This document shows, piece after piece, positions 1 through 20,176 of a DNA stretch of 64,000 nt. The notes under the pieces were generated by a model. It saw only the letters and a program-made list of their open reading frames with translations, did no database searches and was not told the origin of the DNA. The first letter of the stretch is position 1; each line of letters begins with the position of its first letter. The position numbers were made by a program, and so were the translations under genes. Source of the stretch: the human T2T-CHM13v2.0 reference genome, Homo sapiens; the NCBI RefSeq assembly GCF_009914755.1, contig NC_060925.1. The stretch is one strand, 5' to 3'.

Positions 1-185
1 GAGACTGAAAAAGATGGAAAAATGTGCCAACTAAAGTCTCATTTTGAAGAAAGTTACAGATCAACAAAGGGGGAAAAACTCAGGTAAAAAGACTCCATAT
101 TATGTCTTGCATTGATTAGGCAGGTGCTTTATATGCACTTTTAAATTTTCTCTTCCTGCAAATACTATGAAATAAGTATCACTAC

Positions 186-434
186 CAGAGATGACATTCA
201 AATATTTAACAGCAGACAAATATTTAACAGCACAGACACTAGCCAATCAGAAGCTGGCTAGAGGAGCCCCGCTAAGCCAGGCAGTAACCCTCTAATGGCT
301 GGATCATGAGGCCAAGGTAGGGGTCAGGGCAGCAGCAGATTCTGTACAGAGGCCATTCACCAACCTTTGAGATGTTGCAATATTTACCAAGTAGCACAGC
401 TGAAATACTGTGTGCCAGTTGAACATCAGCTCTG
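186..434. mobile_element. hAT-type MITE (ORSL-like, family tentative)
   Basis: Terminal inverted repeats CAGAGATGACATTCAA (186-201) and TTGAACATCAGCTCTG (419-434) match at 13/16. Confidence 0.55.
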
Positions 435-884
435 AGTGGAAACCCAGGGCCATGTCCTCTGGGCAGGTGTAGGCTTTCTCTCTTGCGTTTGTCCTCTGTA
501 GATTATGATGCTAGCATTGAAGTCTTTCTTGTTGCGCCTGGCTGTGGTGGTCTGCACCACTATCTGTGTCTCCAAGCCGCAGCCCACTCCATGGGGTCCT
601 GATGGTTCCCTTCTGAATCTAGGGAGGACAGCAGGCAGCAGGGACCCTCCATCGCTGTTGCCACTTAATCCCTTTAGCATCCTCAAGATAAGCCCAGTCT
701 GTACAAATTCAGGTTCATTTTATTTCTAAAGTCCCAGGAACAATGTCAGAAGGGAATTACAGTGAAGAAAGAAAGAGTTCAAGTTCCAGCTTACCTAGAC
801 TTCCTGCAGAGCCTCGAAAGAGAAGGCAGGGTTGCAGACATCTTTGTTTCATCTGTCCAGCATCCTCTCCCGTGCCTTGGTACT

Positions 885-965
885 GGGCTTTGAAGCCAGG
901 CTGCCTGGGTTTGCAACTTGCCACTTATTAACAGTGTGACCTTGGGATAAAGGCCCACCTTTCAG
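885..965 (+). mobile_element. MIR fragment
   Basis: GCTTTGAAGCCAGGCTGCCTGGGTTTG...TGTGACCTTGGG MIR core. Confidence 0.6.
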
Positions 966-1120
966 AGCCACTATAGATTGGTTATTGGAATTGCTGGTTT
1001 TGTTAGGTGTTACAAAATGTCAGGGTTTTTTTTTCTTCTTTTGATGCGTAAACTGAGGTATTAGGGGATAGGAAATGATATGGTGTTTAGAATTTGCTTT
1101 AAAACATATTCCAATAAAAG

Positions 1121-1521
<401 letters not shown>

Positions 1522-2539
1522 CTAAGTACATAGGGTGGGGTTCTTGTGCTCTCCACACTTCTGTGTACTTGAAAATTTTCATAACAAGAGAAAACAAAAA
1601 ATTAAACAGAAAATGAGGTTTTCATTTCCTCCAGCAAAACAAACATAACAGGGACTTAGGATGTACTTTTCCCAATCGCTCCTCTGGCAGAATATTTTGA
1701 TCCTCCAGCTAGCTTCCAGCTCTTATCCTGTTCATCTGTTCTGTAGATACTGGCAGGAAATAGGCTCTTCAACAGGGCCTGCTAGGTCCAGTGCTAGGGA
1801 GTAGAGCGTTTTGGATTCTACGCCTACATTTTTTTTTAAGTGACCAGTTTTCTAGTTGAGATACTTGAAATACAAAGTCTCATGGTGAGGTCTTACCCTC
1901 TGCTGTCCCATTCCTTTTTACAGGCCATCATGGCGTTAATCTTATCTCCAAGGAGAAAAATTGGGAAGAGAGGCCTAGATTCCTCAACAGAAGCGGGAAG
2001 GAAAGGTTTGCAGAATGAAGAGTGTGAAGTGAGGTTTGTGGTTTGAATCATCCGAATGTCAAGGAGAAAAGAAGAAAAATGAATCATCATCATTTGACCA
2101 CGGTATTTACAGCTAGCGGAAGGGACAAGAGGAGAAAAAAGCAAGGGAGGAGATAAAGGAAGAACGTCTCAGAATAAAATTGGGGTGGGTGGGGGGAGGA
2201 GGAGGAAGACAGTCTAAGAAATTGGTTTGGTTGCACCAGTACTGGCCACAACACAAAAATTTGTCCATTCCTGGTTGAAATTAAAAATAAATGTGCATGC
2301 ACATGTATTTGTCTGCTGTGTTTAATCAGATAGCGAGGCACTCCTTTAAGCACCTTGAAGACCCAAAGTTGCGCTCAGAGGCTGCCCACCTGGAACGGAG
2401 ACCGAGGTTGAGCAGGGAGCTACTCAGAGGACCCAAAGCCGCCTAGCTGACCACCTTCTTCCCTATGAGTTCCCAGTAACGGAGCCCAGTGGAGGAGACG
2501 CTACACTTCTCTGTGGGGACAGAGGCTAAGGGCGGGGGT

Positions 2540-3400
2540 CTCCATAGAGGCGTTAGCGCCCACCAGCGGCAGTGACCGCGCACAGGGAGGTGAAGAATGC
2601 GACCACGGTGATACGTCCAACCTGGAAAACGGGCCTGAGAACCAAAGGGCCAACTTCTGGCCATGCATAACGAAGCAGAGCAGTCTCAGGGTAGAAGGCA
2701 CTGGAAAAGCGTTGTAGGACAATTTTTCCCAGTAGAAACGGTGGGGGTGGGAGGGAGACCCGCTCACCCCTTTTGACCCACCCCTGCAGCTCAGCCACGC
2801 CTCCTAGGGAGGTGGGCAGCCTTGCAGGAGCCCGCGCGAGGCTGCAGTACCGCCCTCCGCCACATGAGGGCAGCACGGCCTACCCGTGCAGCAGCGGCGG
2901 CCCCCGCGCCCCTCTTGGCCAGAGCCAGGCGCAGGCCGGCTTGCGGTGCCGTCGTTCATTGGCCGCGGCGCGGGCGCTGCCATGTTGGCGGAAGCGGACC
3001 CCCCTGTGCCGTGGAAACTGGCGGTGGCCGCGGCCGCCGAGTCGGTCTGCGCAGCCTCCTGCGTTTTCTCGCTTGGATCTTGGCACTGAGAGGCGGTGGC
3101 CGGCGGGATGGAGAAAAGTAGGATGAACCTGCCCAAGGGGCCGGACACGCTCTGCTTCGACAAGGACGAGTTCATGAAGGTGCGCGCGGCGTCCGCTCCC
3201 CGGAGCCGGGCCATGAGGGTGCCTCTGCCCTGTGCCCTCTGTGGCCGTCTCTTCGGTCGGCTGCTCCTGCCTGCGCACGCTCAGTGTCAGGTCCTCCGCC
3301 GAGACCTCGCTGCACTTCGCAATGAGTCTTTTGGCGTCAGGTTTGGCGGGTGCAGCCTGGAGAAAGCACTTCTGTAAAATCGTGCGTGTTACATGGAAAG
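2540..3400. promoter_or_regulatory. CpG island / COG2 promoter
   Basis: Dense CpG and high GC around exon 1. Reverse CCAAT (ATTGG 2958-2962), YY1-type GCCATGTT (2979-2986) and ETS-type GCGGAAG (2988-2994). No TATA box seen. Confidence 0.85.
3108..3179 (+). CDS. COG2: COG2 exon 1 coding part (MEKSRMNLPKGPDTLCFDKDEFMK)
   Basis: ATG in strong context GGGATGG; donor AAG|GTGCGC; 72 nt. Confidence 0.96.
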
Positions 3401-5550
3401 GCCTGAAAGTTCTGGGCAAGTGGTTTTGAGCTGCATGTCAAAGCCACTGTTACCCGTTCCTGTTACCATGCAGTGCAGTCAGATTGCCAGTCCCCTTGTC
3501 GGAAAGAAGCTTGTGGACCGGGGCCTTGGAGCTCATTAAGTGTGTGTTGAATAAATCTCCAAGCCCACGTACTTTCCTAGGGACTCGGGTCGGAAAGAAA
3601 AAGAACTTAATCTGAAGTTTTGCTTAACATTCAGCTAAAGCTTCCAGAATGGGATATTTAGAAGCTTAGAACATTCTTACCGACTATTGCAGTACGACAA
3701 AGCAAACCATTACTCTTTAAAGAAGTTGCTCTACTTTTTACGTGATGCATTTGAAGAAGTTGGTAGTTGTAGGTCATAAACTTAGAGAAAAGAAATATAA
3801 ACTGAAAACACTTCACTGATGATAAAGTTCATCAGGCACAGCCTTGAAAATGGCCAGGCTTTGAGTGAGAGCTGGGAGGAGCTTTGCTCCTACTTGGTGT
3901 ATCCCTCTGGGTCTGCACTTAAGCCATTCAAAAAATGTTTCTATTTAATTTCCTGAGGACTAGGATTTTTGACACCTTTTAGTAGCTGCTTTCAGTGTTA
4001 AAAAGCGAAAAGTTTTAGCTTGTTAGTAGACATCTACAATTTTGAGCAAGTGAGTTGAAATCTTACTCTGCCTTTCTTGGTGACATAATGTTTTCTATTT
4101 TTCTAGATTAATTAGCCTATCTCTTTTTGATAATATTTGCATTCAGATTACATCTCCAAAGCTGTTTTTTTTTAAAGTAGATCTGTATCTTCTCCAGTGT
4201 GACCATATCATTTTTCGTATGTAGGACTTATCTATACCCAGGAATAATGTACCTTATTCTTGTAAGTGATATTCCTATTAGACCACTGTACTAAAAGGTG
4301 TAACTTCATTAGGATGTCTCAAAGAATGTACAGAATCAACTCATTGATCCAGAAACCCTTCGTTTTGCCTACTGGCTAAGAGCTACCCTGAAATGAGGGT
4401 AGAAAGAAACAGCTAAGGGTACATGCTGGGGAGAGGTGCCCTGGAAGAGGAAAGGCCATACACGGAGATCAGGGGCCTTGTTGACGTCAAGAATCTCAGA
4501 GTACAGAATAATCTCAGTTTGTCCATCTCTTGACTTCTTAAGGCTCAACACCAGCATCTTCTCTGACTCACTAGCCCCACCACCTTTCCCACTCTGAGTT
4601 GACAGAATGCCTTTGGTAAATGCAGCTTCAGGAAGTGAAATCACAGAAATACAAGTTCTAAAATAGAACTTAGAGTGCAAACTGGGGTGGTGGCTGGAAT
4701 GCCAGCAATTGCATATTTCGTGGCTCTGTGAATATGCGGTACATTTTGTAGTGCTTATAAAAGTGACAACATACATAGAAGAAAATACATAGAACAGCTG
4801 TTCTGTGTAAAATTTTGTTGATTTTTTAGGTGGAGCTTGAAGATAAAGGTTATTTGCAATTTGTGTTGCCTTAAACATATAAAACTACATATAAGTTGCA
4901 CTTCCATGGCAGAAAGGATGGTTGGAACACTTGTCCAGGCTATATTTCTATGTTTGTGTCTCATTCAGCACATTTTGTAATTGGATAGGTTTTGTACGTG
5001 TGAGAAAGTTGGGATATGACATTTGCATTGGGAGATTTGAGATTGCTTGAAAATCCAGATTTAAAGTTGCTTGAAATCCACTCTCTTCTGTTATTACCTC
5101 TCTTCTGGTATTACGTCTCTTCTGGTGTTGATGGGAAACTGTGTTTAGGTTGCCATAGATCATGAGGGCATGCTAGTGCAGTGGTAGCAATTGTTCAGTC
5201 AGTGGGCATTCCATGATCACCTGCTGTGTGCAGGTTTCAATGGGCCTTGTATACTGTACTGACGGATTTGCACTTGATTTAGTATTCATTGTGGAGTTAC
5301 AGTCAGGTTAAAAGCAGGAAATGACATGATCATATATGTTGCAGTTGGAACTGACTGGTGGCGGGAGGCTACTTAAAAAGTTATTTCAGTGGTTTTTATG
5401 AGATCTGAGAAATACAGGAGGGGATAGTTTGTGGAAAATATTACGTAAATGATCAAAAAGCAGGAGTGGCAGATGAACGAATCACTTGAGGGGTCAAAGG
5501 TGGTAGTGGCATGATACTGTTGACTTCGTCAGCTTAATAAAATATACACA

Positions 5551-5764
5551 CTGAGCAACATAGTGAGAATGCATTTCTACAAAATATTGAAAAATTAGCC
5601 AGGTGTGGTGGCACATACCTGTAGTCCCAGCTACTTGGGAGGCTGAGGTGGGAGGATTACCTGAGCCTGTGGAGGTCAAGGCTGCAGTGAGCCAGGATTG
5701 CAGCACTGCACTTCAGCCTGGGCAACAGAAAGAGACCCTGTCAAAAAAAAAAAAAAAAAAAAAA
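5551..5764 (+). mobile_element. 5'-truncated AluJ with A22 tail
   Basis: End of left arm, full right arm (GAGGTCAAGGCTGCAGTGAGC) and poly(A). Confidence 0.85.
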
Positions 5765-6045
5765 GAAAATGTACAAACACTCTTAGAGAGGGTTGACAAT
5801 CAGTAGATGAATTAGGATGTAAGATACTGGTAGTAGGAGAGAGGTGGTAGGCTAACAGGGATAACTTAAACCCACTTAACCTAGGTATGCTGTGGCAATC
5901 ATATCCTTCTGTCTCACGTATGACTTCATGTGTTTTACAGAAAAAATAGAGGCCATCAAGCGGTAGCTCCTTCATCTTGCTGACAGCAACCTCGTTCTTG
6001 CATTTGTACCTGTTCTCACTCCCATCATTAACCTGTTGTGTAGGG

Positions 6046-6496
6046 CAATGGTCCCCAACCTTTTTGACACTTTTGGAAGACAATTTTTCCATGGACCAGG
6101 AGTGCAGGGGATGGTTTTGGGGTGATTCAAGCGCATTACATTTATTGTACACTTTATTTCTATAATTATTACATTGTAATACATAATGAAATAGTTATAA
6201 AATTCACCGTAATGTAGAATCAGTGGGAGCTCTGAGCTTGTTTTCTTGCAACTAGACAGTCCTGTCTGGGGGGTGATGGGAGACACTGACAGATCATTCG
6301 GCATTAGGTTTTCATAAGGAGTGCCTAACCTAGATCCCTCGCATGTGCAGTTCACAGTAGGGTCCATGCTCCTATGAGAATCTAGTGCCGCCACTGATCT
6401 GACAGGAGGCGGAGCTCCAATACAGAGTGGCTGTGAATACAGGCTGCGCTCCTCCTGCTGGGCCACCCGGTTCCCCACAGGTAGTTGGGGACGCTG
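6046..6496. mobile_element. MER1A-like hAT-Charlie DNA transposon with intact 8-bp TSD
   Basis: TIRs CAATGGTCCCCAAC and GTTGGGGACGCTG; perfect TSD GTGTAGGG at 6038-6045 and 6497-6504. Confidence 0.85.
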
Positions 6497-6549
6497 GTGT
6501 AGGGGTCTTTCCTTCCTCCTGAGGTCTGCCTCCCATGCCTGGATCCGGT

Positions 6550-7580
6550 GCCCTCTCCCTTCTCAGGACCCTGTTATTCCCACCCTCTCCACACTTCTTC
6601 CCATTGGCTTTCAGACACACTCCTATTTTAGTTTCTTCTACTGGACCCTCCAACCTCCAGTTAAAGCCCATCGCTCTCTTCCATCTCACAGCCAAATGCT
6701 CACAGCCAAATGTTGTCTTTACTTTCTCTCCCTTCACTCTTAAATTCACTTCACTCTGGTTTCTGGCCCCATCATTCCACTAAAGACTTCTCACCAAAGT
6801 TAACTAGATGGAAGTCGATCCACCAGACCTTCTCTGCTTCCTTCCCTGACCTCAGTAGATCAAATGCTCCCTTCATTTGCTTTCTGAAACCTGGTGCTTT
6901 CTGGTTATCTTTTGGCCTCTCTGGTCTCCTTGTCTCTTTTGCATAATCATTCTCCTCCTAGCCATTAATTGGTGGGTTATGGACTCAGCCACGTGTCTGT
7001 TCCTTTTCACATGCTGTGCACTTTCCGCAGGTGACCCACTTCATGCAGCTTCAATGACCACGTGTAGACAGGTGAAAGGTTCATACTTCTGGCCCAAATA
7101 CCTTCTTATCTGCAACCCCATGTGCACAGCGCCTTGACATCTCTTCTTGGCTATCTCTGTGGCACCTCAAACTCGGCATATTTAAAACTGAATTTGTTGG
7201 GGGAAGATGAAAAAAACCAACCTTCTCTCAAACTTGGCTCTCTTCTGGTATTACCTATCTCAGGTAATACTAGACCTGAGGTAATCCATCCATCTGGTTG
7301 TGAGTCAGATGTTATCAAGGAGTCATCCTTGATAACACCTCTCTCCTTCACATTCTTGAAATCCAACCTGTTACTAAGCCTTAGGATTTCACTTCCCAAA
7401 TATCTCTGAAATTTGTCTACTTCTCTCCATCTCCTCTTTTCCCACTTTCTGACTCATCATTATCTCTGGCCATTATAATCTAGTGGCTTCTTACTGTAGT
7501 CCCCTGGCATCCATTCTTGCCTTTTTCTAGTCCGTGTTCTACATCACAGGCAGGGTGCCCTTTTCAAAACGCATCTCGGT
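6550..7580 (+). mobile_element. Degenerate L2 fragments
   Basis: Pyrimidine-rich L2-like motifs (CACCTCAAACTC...AAAACTGAA; CTTCTCTCCATCTCC). Boundaries approximate. Confidence 0.5.
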
Positions 7581-7609
7581 GCTTGTATGTAACAGGTGCT
7601 TGTATGTAA

Positions 7610-7842
7610 TCAGACTGCCACCTGTATACACCATGAAAACATGAGAAAGCATTTTCCAGAACACTTGGAAGTATTCCAGAGCAGCTTATTGCACTGATGG
7701 ACAGTTTCTATTGATTAGTAGCTATCTTGGTTATCTGATTGAAAAAACATAGCGTATATAGAGTTGGGTACTATCTGTGGTTTCAGGCATTGACTGGGGG
7801 TCTTGGAATATATCTCCCTCAGATAAGGGGACCCCTTACTGT
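7610..7842. mobile_element. Tigger4/MER46-like fragment
   Basis: GGTACTATCTGTGGTTTCAGGCATTGACTGGGGGTCTTGGAA...GATAAGGGG...ACTG|TA terminal motif. Confidence 0.6.
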
Positions 7843-8118
7843 AGTTCTGAGGCTCATCTGTATTCTAAGTGTGTAAATAGGGAATATTGAAACAGGAGGT
7901 GTGTCCAAGAGAATAATGCCTGGCTGATTGAATAGCAGTGACCTGGAGATGTGGGCCCCAGTTTCAGCTCTGCTGAGCACTCGTGTGATTTTGTGCAAAT
8001 CGCTGGCCTCTGCGGGCTTCAGTTTCCTCCTTTATGTCATGGGGTGATGCTTATCTCAATACTCTTTGCAGTGTTTCTGGCTCTTGTCGTTTTATGTTTC
8101 TGTGAATAAAGAAACTTA

Positions 8119-8430
8119 CAGTTGCCCCTCAGTATCCACAGAGGATTGATTCCAGGACACCTCCCACCCCTTCACAGATAGCAAAATCTGCAAATGCTCA
8201 AGACCCTCTTGTAAATGGTGTAGTATTTGCATATAACCTACTTACATCCTCTGGAATACTTTAAATCACCTCTAGATTACTTATACTACCTAATACAGTG
8301 AAATTGTTGTTATACTGTATTTTTATTTGCATTACTTTTTATTTTTTTAATTATTTTTTTAAAGACTCTTTTCAATTAATGACTGATTGAATTAGAGGGT
8401 GTGGAATGCTCGGATACAGAGGGACAACTG
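8119..8430. mobile_element. MER2-family TcMar-Tigger MITE
   Basis: TIRs CAGTTGCCCCTCAGTATCC and GGATACAGAGGGACAACTG match at 17/19 and are flanked by a TA TSD. Confidence 0.8.
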
Positions 8431-10229
8431 TAGTAGATTCTTCCAGTTTGCAGATAAAGAAACTGAGGTCCAGAGATGTTGTGACTTCCCCCAGAGTCAC
8501 ACAGCTAACTGGGGCAACCCAGGGCCATTATCTCATGACTCCCAGGCTTCAGTACTGGAAAAATAATCGTGTCATGCTTTCCTTTCTAGATGGTAGAAAC
8601 TTTGGAATGTGTGATTTTGAATACTGAGAACAGCCCAAAAATGTCACATAGTCCCTATGCTAAAGCACATGCATTTTATCAGTAGGGACAAGATTGAGGG
8701 CCATCACTTAATTTAAAACAAATTGTAACCCATCTAGTGATCTGGACTCTTGGCCTGTAGATGAGATACAGGAAAGCGGATGTAAGTGTGAAGGCAACAG
8801 CCCAGTGTTGCTGAGTGCCGGGCACAGCATGTGCCATCATTTCACAGCAACTAAAATGCTGACCTTACAGGTTCATGGTTTCATTTTTGGTCTTCATGAA
8901 AAGCTTGAATTCTCTTTAGCTTCAGTTTGCAACACAAATAAAGAATATATTTGAGACTGATTGTCACAGAATTTTCTAATTACCCACATGTGGAGCGATT
9001 TCCTAATGTGAAATACTTTTCTTGATGGTATGAGATCAGTACCATTGGACATACACAGTTTATTCAGTTGGCCTTTGGTAAAAAGAAGTTCTTTGGTATG
9101 CAAAAATTTTCCAAGTCACTTCTTGCAATATTATAAAATGTATTACTTGAATAAAATGTTGAACTCATGGTCCCTTGAGTTTTTATTACTTGGGATATTT
9201 CTTTGTTCAAAGTTAGATAAGCATCATGTAAATAGATCTTTGTTGTTCAGTCATACAGCATTTAACATCAAATTTCTTTGAGGATTTAACTAACCAAATT
9301 AATCACAAAATGGGGCTTGGGCTTTCTCAGGTGTCCCTAATACACCCACAGCAGTAAGCACTTCAGAATGAGATCATTCTGCTTAAGAGCTCAAGAAATT
9401 AAGTTGAGAAAGTAAGCTAGAAGACCACATAGATTGTCATTAGTGTTAAACTGGGGTAAAAAGGAGAGAGAAAGAGAAGAAATCAGCTGGGACAGAGCAC
9501 AAATATTTGTTAAATGGAAGTGACAGGTTATAGGTTTTCTTTGCCTTCTCGTAAATACATCAAACACAGATACGGTATTGAACAGAGGATTTAGACATAA
9601 AATTGATTAATCCATTTAAACATAATAAGTTATTTAGAACTTAAGTGCTACTGTTTCATAAAACTTCTAATATCATCTGTCCATAGATGCTGGAAAACAC
9701 TTTAGCATACATTTTTAATTTCTCAGGCTTCAGTAATTTGGTAACCAAATAAAGGTTTAGAATGAGCCTTGGAAGACACGAGTTCCAGACTAACTGGGTC
9801 ATGTGTCAATGGAGCCACCCTGCACTGGGGACAGCACTAGGTTTGAGGGCAGGGGCTGGAGGGAAGAGCTCCAGGGACGTTTTTGCCCATAGCTTGCTGT
9901 TGTGAGGAAGGGTTCCCTTCCCACAGTCTTTCCCATGGCTGTTGCCTTCATGACATTCAGATCTCAGCTCAGATACCACTTTGTAAGGGTCTTCTATCCC
10001 CTTTTCATCACTCGCTTTCATAGGGTTCCATTTTATTTTCTTTGTAGCACTTACCACTATTCATAATGTTTGTTTACATGTTTATTTTCTCATTTCCCCA
10101 TTAGAATATATGCTCCTTGAGAACAGGAATGTTGTCTTTGCTTTTCATTGCTGTGCCCCCTGTAATTACAGCAGTGATTATTTATTTATTTATTGGGTAT
10201 CTCATTGTGGTTTTTCTTTTGTTACTTAT

Positions 10230-11420
10230 TTATTTTATTTTATTTTAGATTCAGGAGGTACATGTACAGGTTTATTATGTGGTTATAGTGTGTAATGGTG
10301 AGGTTTGTGCTTCTAGTGTGTTCATCACCCAGACAGTGAATGTTGTACCCAATAGATAATTTTTCAGCCCTCATCTTCCTCCAGCACTTCCCCTTTCAAG
10401 TCCCCAGTGTCTATTAATTCCATCTTTATGTCCACATATACCCATCATTTATGTCCCACTTAGAAGGGAGATGATGTGGTATTTGACTTTCTGTTTCGGA
10501 GTTAGTTCATTTAGGATAATGACCTCCAGCTCCATCCATGTTGCTGCAAAAGACATGATTTCATCTTTTTAAGGCTGCATAGTATTCTGTGGTATAAATG
10601 CACCACATTTTCTTTATCCAATCCTCCGTTGATAGACACGTTGATTCCATGACTTTGCTATTGTGAATAGGGCTTCAATAAACATAGGAGTGCAGGTGTC
10701 TTTTTTTATATAATGATTTCCTTTGGGTGGATGTTCCCTATTAGGATTACTAGGTCAAATGGTAGTTCTATTTTTAGTTCTTTGAGAAGTCGCCATACTG
10801 TTTTCCATAGAACCTGTACTAATTTACATTCTCACCAACAGTGTATAAGCATTCCTTTTTCTCACATCCAGTGTTGTTTTTTGACTTTTTAATAAAAGCT
10901 GTTCTGATTGGTGTTAGATGGTATCTCATTGTAATTTTAATTTGCATTTCTCTGATGATTAGTTATGTTGGACATTTTTTCATATGTTTGTTGGATGCTT
11001 GTATGTCTTCTTTTGAGAAATGTCTGTTCATGTCTTTTGCCCACTTTTTAATGGGGTTACTTGTTTTTTTCTTGTTGATTTAAGTTCCTTGTAGACTCCG
11101 GATATTAGTCTTTTGTTGCATGTATGATTTCCAAATGTTTTCTCCCATTCTGTAGATTGCCTGTTTACACTGCTATTTCTTTTGCTCTGCAGAGCTTTTT
11201 GGTTTAACGAAGTCTCATTTGTCTATTTTTGTTTTTGTTGCATCTGCTTTGAGGTCTTAGTCATAAATCCTTTGCCTAGGCCAATGTCCAGAAGAATTTT
11301 TCCTAGGTTTTCTTCTAGGATTTTTATAGTTTCAGGTCTTACACATTTAAGTTTTTAATCCATCTTGACTTAATTTTTATATATGGTGAGAAATAGGGGT
11401 CCAGTTTCATTTTTCTGCAC
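10230..11420 (-). mobile_element. L1 3' end (old L1PA/L1PB type), 5'-truncated
   Basis: Antisense L1 3' UTR and ORF2 C-terminal sequence. Confidence 0.85.
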
Positions 11421-12354
11421 GTAGTGAATATTTAATGTTTATCGAATATGCAGGGGCATTTATTCTTATCTGTTGGCCCTTTGTCTTAAAGAATGGTTTG
11501 AAACACACAGACATACAGGAGCTTATACTAATCTTTTATGACTTTCCACCTATAGTTTATTTAGTCCACAGTTTAGCACATAATATTTTGTATTGGTGTT
11601 TATCTCAATGAGACTGAACATGTTTTGAGTGCAGAGATCATGTCTTCAGCTTGGTGTTGCCTCTTGGTAGTACCTCCCATCATTATGAATACAGAATGAT
11701 GATGTCTGGGGGATTTGGGTTCTGTCCCCGCTGCAGTAGCCGATGATTTGATAGTTTTCTATATTTGGGGAACATTTTACTTTTTGACGTTCAGCATGGG
11801 GCAGCTTGGAGAATTTTGCTCTTCTGTTAAAAGTTCTGTGAAATTTTCTCAGTGTTAAGGATATTGATATTTGGGTCTCAGGCGAGCTTTAAATGATTAC
11901 TTCCCCAGTTCTCTTGTGTTAGTCATTGTTTGCCATCCTTGGGTGCAACTAGTTATTAAAGCAGCTAAACTCTTAAACTTTATTTGGTTTTAAAATTGAT
12001 TGTCACTGCTATTCTAGTTAATGGTTCTTAAGTTTTCCACAGCTGGTTTGTTTTGCTGTCTTATTATCCTGTATTTGATTTGTTAGTCAACTTCCAGCTG
12101 TTTGGGGCATTTGTACTTTACCTGGGTTTAAGTCAGAAATATCTCTGAGTATAAAGAGAAATGATTTTTCTTTTAATTTCTGGGCTTTCAGGCCATAATT
12201 CTTGACTTATTCCAGCTTTTCAGACACAGGCATATATATTTTAACAAGAAAAAAGTCTACTTTTAAAAATATTGCTTTTTAACTAAAACAGCTTATTTTC
12301 AAAAAGTGGGTGCTATTCCATTCAGGAAAAAAAAGTTTATCTACCTTAGTATTT

Positions 12355-14028
<1,674 letters not shown>

Positions 14029-14032
<4 letters not shown>

Positions 14033-14171
14033 AGAGTTTGATTCTACTAAAGAATCAAATTTTACTAGCCAGAATTGATTCTACTAAAGAATCAAATTCT
14101 ACTAGCCAGAATTGATTCTACTAAAGAATCAATTCTACTAGCCAGAGTGTTTAGATTCTACTAAAACACTC
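14029..14171. repeat. ~37-bp palindromic tandem repeat (3 units plus a variant unit)
   Basis: Units start AGCCAGA at 14029, 14067, 14104 and 14140. Each contains an inverted repeat around (A)CTA(A). Confidence 0.9.
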
Positions 14172-14184
14172 CATATTAGTGAGT

Positions 14185-14529
14185 ATCTAATGTTGTGCTG
14201 CTAAAACAGAATACTTGGGACTGGATAATTTATAAACTGTAGAAGTTTATGTGGCTCACAGTTTTGGAGGTTGGGAAGTTCAAGATCAAGAGGCCGCATC
14301 TGGTGGAGGCTTTCTTGCTGTGTCAAAATGGGGTGTAGGGCATCATGTGGCAGAAGTTGGATGGCAGGAGCATACAAGAGCAAGAGAGGGATGAACTCAC
14401 TTTTATAACCCTCTCTCAAAAATGAATCCACTAGCATGGTAAAAGCATGAATACATTCATGAGGACAAAGCCCTCATGACCACTTCTTAAAGGTATCCTC
14501 TCAACTCTTGTATTGGAGATTAAATTTTC
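14185..14529. mobile_element. MaLR LTR (MLT1A/MSTD-like), one end missing
   Basis: TGCTGCTAAAACAGAATAC...GGCTCACAGTTTTGGAGG...CATTCATGAGG...AGCCCTCATGAC. Confidence 0.75.
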
Positions 14530-19372
<4,843 letters not shown>

Positions 19373-19379
19373 AACATCT

Positions 19380-19710
19380 TGTTCAATAGAATACTCAACA
19401 TCCATATAAAACATGAGTGCAAATTTACATGGATTATGAAAAGACATCCAAGTTGTATTGTTATATGGGGAAAAGCAGTTTACATAACAGCATGAATATT
19501 AAGATTCTGTGTGTGCATGTGACACATAGAAAAACATCTGGAAGGATGTGAATCACAATGTTAGGTAGAGAAAAAAATTAATAGATTAATAGTGCTTATC
19601 TCTACAGCATGAGAATTTCAGTGATTTTTTTTTTACTCTGATGGATATTTTTAATATAATTCTTTGTTGTTTGAAAGTTTTACATTGAACATTTGTTACT
19701 TTAAAATTAA
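19380..19710 (+). mobile_element. Old L1M 3' fragment
   Basis: L1ME-like 3' UTR motifs (CATAGAAAAACATCTGGAAGGATG). Confidence 0.5.
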
Positions 19711-20014
19711 GGGGAAACGTTTCTGTTTTGAGAAGAACCTGATTGAATTGTGTTGTTTTGAAAAAGAAGTTCACTTTTAGAATTTTAGGCAACAGAAGAG
19801 GATGTTCTCAGTCAGGGGCCACCCTTCTTGGCACCTTTATAAAGCGGACAAACACCTTCATACTGTCATGTATAAGCCAAGATACTTTCTTCCTGCAGCA
19901 GCATGGCCTTGTAAATGACGGGAATGGGCTTTCTTACTCTTTCTTCCATTTCATTTGTATATGTCACTGTGATATCATTGCCATAATTTTTTCTTCTCTG
20001 GTTTTATTTTTCAG

Positions 20015-20176
20015 GAAGATTTCGATGTCGATCATTTTGTGTCTGACTGTAGGAAGCGGGTCCAGCTGGAAGAACTGAGAGATGACCTGGAGCTCTACTA
20101 TAAACTTCTTAAAACAGCCATGGTCGAACTCATCAACAAGGATTATGCAGATTTTGTCAATCTTTCAACAAACTTG
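20015..20176 (+). CDS. COG2: COG2 exon 2 (EDFDVDHFVSDCRKR...DFVNLSTNL)
   Basis: ttttcag|GAA ... TTG|gtaaac; 162 nt; COG2/Vps51-like N-terminal region. Confidence 0.96.

Noticed and set aside
2443-3429. Many overlapping ORFs across the promoter
   Set aside because: Stop-codon scarcity in the CpG island explains them. Only exon 1 and the ATG-2982 uORF are supported.
4369-4878. 169-aa minus-strand ORF in intron 1
   Set aside because: No recognisable domain, non-ATG start and no splice context; likely chance.
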